This document shows positions 61,767 through 64,000 of a stretch of 64,000 nucleotides of DNA, one piece after another. A program made the translations under genes and the position numbers. The stretch is from a virus: the IMG/VR virus record IMGVR_UViG_3300032401_000002, positions 32,001 to 96,000 of that record. One strand, given 5' to 3'. The stretch's first letter is position 1. Each line of letters starts with the position of its first letter. The notes under the pieces are model-generated. The model was given only the letters and a program-made list of their open reading frames with translations. It did not search any database and was not told the DNA's origin.

Positions 61767-62028
61767 GTTCTCTCTCCTACCGCCATGGGTGTGGGTCTGC
61801 CTAGCCTTGTCTCAGGAACTCGCATTGGAACCTTAGCCTCGGCGTGCCCGACCTGTCCGAGTAAGTGCTCCCCCCTGCCCCTAGAGAGTCCCGAAGGCTG
61901 GCGCAGGTTATGGGTGAGCCGATCACTTGCGACAAGACCCGTTCGTTGTCATCACCCCTTAGGTGGCTGATTGACCTCTGTCTGTAGTGACCTAACAACC
62001 CGGTGACTTCTGTGCTAGAATAGGTGAC

Positions 62029-62454
62029 ATGTGGGATTCAGGCATCGCTCGCTACCAGCTAGCCATACCCGAAGCCAGTAACGCCGACGAGAGTGGTCAG
62101 CAACAGGATCTCACCTGGATGCTGCCTGGCATCTTGAAAGCGCTGGCTAAGGCTGGCTACGGTGACTCGACCGTGCGCAAGCACATCGATGGCGTCTGGA
62201 CGAACCCTGACACGGGTGAGTCTTTCGCTGAGCCAATGACCTGGATTGACCTGGACGTGGAGGACACGCCTGAGAATGATCAGACACTCCACTCGTTCGC
62301 TGCCGAGGTCGCACGCGCGACTGGACAGCACAAGCTGTACTTCAACAAGATTCCCCTTCCTCGTGTCCTAGTCTCCCCTTCGGAGACCGCTCATCCACTC
62401 TTTGAGCTACCGGACATGGCCGCAGGCGGGAATCTCTCACCAGACTTCCCCTAG
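62029..62454 (+). CDS. hypothetical protein (probably leaderless)
   Basis: 141 aa; ATG 7 nt after TGCTAGAAT. Confidence 0.7.
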   Translation: MWDSGIARYQLAIPEASNADESGQQQDLTWMLPGILKALAKAGYGDSTVRKHIDGVWTNPDTGESFAEPMTWIDLDVEDTPENDQTLHSFAAEVARATGQHKLYFNKIPLPRVLVSPSETAHPLFELPDMAAGGNLSPDFP

Positions 62455-62616
62455 GAGGGGTCGTGTACGGCTCTCAGAGCCGTTCTAAGCGCCATTGAGG
62501 GGTATACCCTACCACCAACATGGCTTTACAGAAAGGACAGGGCAGAAGCCCCCGTACGAGAAGCATGGCAGGCCCGTAGTTTCGGTCTCAAACGATGTTC
62601 TCAGTACGGCAGTGTT

Positions 62617-63036
62617 ATGAGACATATCAAGACACAAATCGCGATTGTCGTCCTGGCAATCGCTGTGACACTCACCGGGACAGCACACGCAACACAAGCC
62701 ACACCATCTGTTACGAAGCAGACGTGGCAATGGCAATACAAGGTATGGATGCCCCAGCACTGGCAGAATCTTGCTCAGTGTGAAGAGCATCTCGACTGGC
62801 ACCACTCAGGGGGAGATTACGAAGGAGCTTTCGCCTTTGCACGAACTACATGGGATGCCTTTAAGTACAATGGGTACCCTAGCTCTGCTGCCAACGCAAC
62901 ACCATGGCAACAGTACCGTGTAGCCCGCAGGATTGCCGCCCACTATCACTCAATCGCTGGATCGTGGGGCTGCTGGAGAGGCCCGCAACATGCCTGGGTC
63001 AGGAATGGGTTACCTGAACATGGCACATGGAAGTAA
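62617..63036 (+). CDS. secreted Rpf-like (resuscitation-promoting factor) transglycosylase
   Basis: Signal peptide (AHA); WQNLAQCE, YEGAFAF...TW, A..ATPWQQ..VA..., W.C. Confidence 0.85.
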   Translation: MRHIKTQIAIVVLAIAVTLTGTAHATQATPSVTKQTWQWQYKVWMPQHWQNLAQCEEHLDWHHSGGDYEGAFAFARTTWDAFKYNGYPSSAANATPWQQYRVARRIAAHYHSIAGSWGCWRGPQHAWVRNGLPEHGTWK

Positions 63037-63039
63037 ACT

Positions 63040-63061
63040 GAGGGGGCCAATCGGCCCCCTC
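63040..63061. terminator. hairpin at a convergent junction
   Basis: GAGGGGGCC-AATC-GGCCCCCTC. Confidence 0.7.
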
Positions 63062-63063
63062 TT

Positions 63064-63261
63064 CTACGCCGAGCGCTTAACCATCCACTCTTTCTTGTCG
63101 TGTACGTACACGATGTTGTCGGGGTATTCGACCTCGCTCATGGTCGATAGATCCTCGGGTGGTAGATCAAACCCACCTAGTTCTCCGGGTCGCCCCCAGA
63201 GATCGACGGACAGCTTGTCTAGCTGGCGCATCTTCCACCAGAGACGGAGACGAGTGATCAT
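63064..63261 (-). CDS. hypothetical protein
   Basis: 65 aa ORF coupled (ATGA) to the upstream gene. Confidence 0.55.
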   Translation of the reverse strand: MITRLRLWWKMRQLDKLSVDLWGRPGELGGFDLPPEDLSTMSEVEYPDNIVYVHDKKEWMVKRSA

Positions 63262-63833
63262 CCGCTGACGCGCTCGACTGTGACCGAACGGTCAAAGTTG
63301 ACGCCCTCGGGCATGGCCGGGTTCGGCTTGTCAACGTTCTCCTGGCCGTGTCGGAGCGTCTCATGAAGAGCCTCGTCTGATCCGGGCACGTCGGCGAAGA
63401 CCTGGCCACTCGTGCGGACGTTGCGGTCTTCAGGGGCACGCTGACCCTTGCCGTCCCAGTCGTCTGCGGTCTGGATCACGGTGTCAGCCTCGGTGTAGAC
63501 CTTGGGTGCATCCGTGCGACCCAGGTACCCAACGGGCTGGTACTGGAGGGCACGAGCTTCAGTAACCGTGATGATCTCGAAGAGACTACCCACGCCACGG
63601 ATGAAGGCGTAGTCCTCCTGGAGCGCAACCGGAATCGACTCCGTGTCACCCTGCTGACCACGCGGAGCTAGCTGGACGCGGTACGGGTCTTTGTTGTTTC
63701 CGAGACGGAAGTGGACAGGCATCTGGCGAAGATTCCTGATGATCTTCGGGCCTGCCTTGGGGCGCGTAGCGCGCGGCTTGGGTGCTGCCTTGGGTGCTGC
63801 CTTGGGTGCTGCTGCCTTACGGGGTGTTGCCAT
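63258..63833 (-). CDS. hypothetical protein with AKP-rich N-terminus (possible head-associated protein)
   Basis: KAAPKAAPK repeats; strong SD GGAGG. Confidence 0.75.
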   Translation of the reverse strand: MATPRKAAAPKAAPKAAPKPRATRPKAGPKIIRNLRQMPVHFRLGNNKDPYRVQLAPRGQQGDTESIPVALQEDYAFIRGVGSLFEIITVTEARALQYQPVGYLGRTDAPKVYTEADTVIQTADDWDGKGQRAPEDRNVRTSGQVFADVPGSDEALHETLRHGQENVDKPNPAMPEGVNFDRSVTVERVSG

Positions 63834-64000
63834 TCTAATTCGACCTCCTCAGGTCTATCTCGTCCGATCCCCGGTAATGGGGCGGGCCGTTGATACTCTA
63901 TTCGGTCATTACACGGGAGTAGTTAAGAGATAGAGAGTAGCCTTGTACCAAGAGTGCTACACTTGGACATATCACTAGAGGCCCATGGAGGGCCTTGAAG

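Noticed and set aside
62520-62615. c-di-AMP (ydaO) riboswitch upstream of the rpf-like gene
   Set aside because: The conserved ydaO sequence blocks are not present.

Overview
A 64 kb segment of a large, GC-rich lytic myovirus (contractile-tail phage), most likely infecting Actinomycetota. Support for the host: short-arm tRNA-Leu(YAA), an Rpf-domain protein, and extended -10 and leaderless promoters. Four blocks: (1) 1-14.2 kb, minus strand: replication/recombination operon (sigma-r4 HTH, EndoVII, Cas4-like nuclease, Hjc-like resolvase, RecA, DnaE, SSB, primase, DnaB, DnaC, SWIM). (2) 14.9-17.1 kb: class II ribonucleotide reductase and thioredoxin. (3) 17.1-24.6 kb: a non-coding RNA island with 39 tRNAs covering all 20 amino acids, a tmRNA with a non-canonical tag, a miniature RNase P RNA, and about 25 further structured spacers, including circularly permuted and D-loop-expanded or anticodon-less tRNA mimics; followed by an SNF2 helicase and rIIA/rIIB (25-30.3 kb). 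(4) 30.4-63.8 kb, minus strand: baseplate, tail and neck genes. Best leads: the RNA island (mini RNase P, tRNA-mimic families, modification-independent tRNA set, altered tmRNA degron) and a twice-repeated W-A-stop / -1-frame G-L-I-G junction splitting a collagen-like fibre protein, suggesting programmed recoding. All calls and RNA pairings were made by eye; no searches or folding programs were run.
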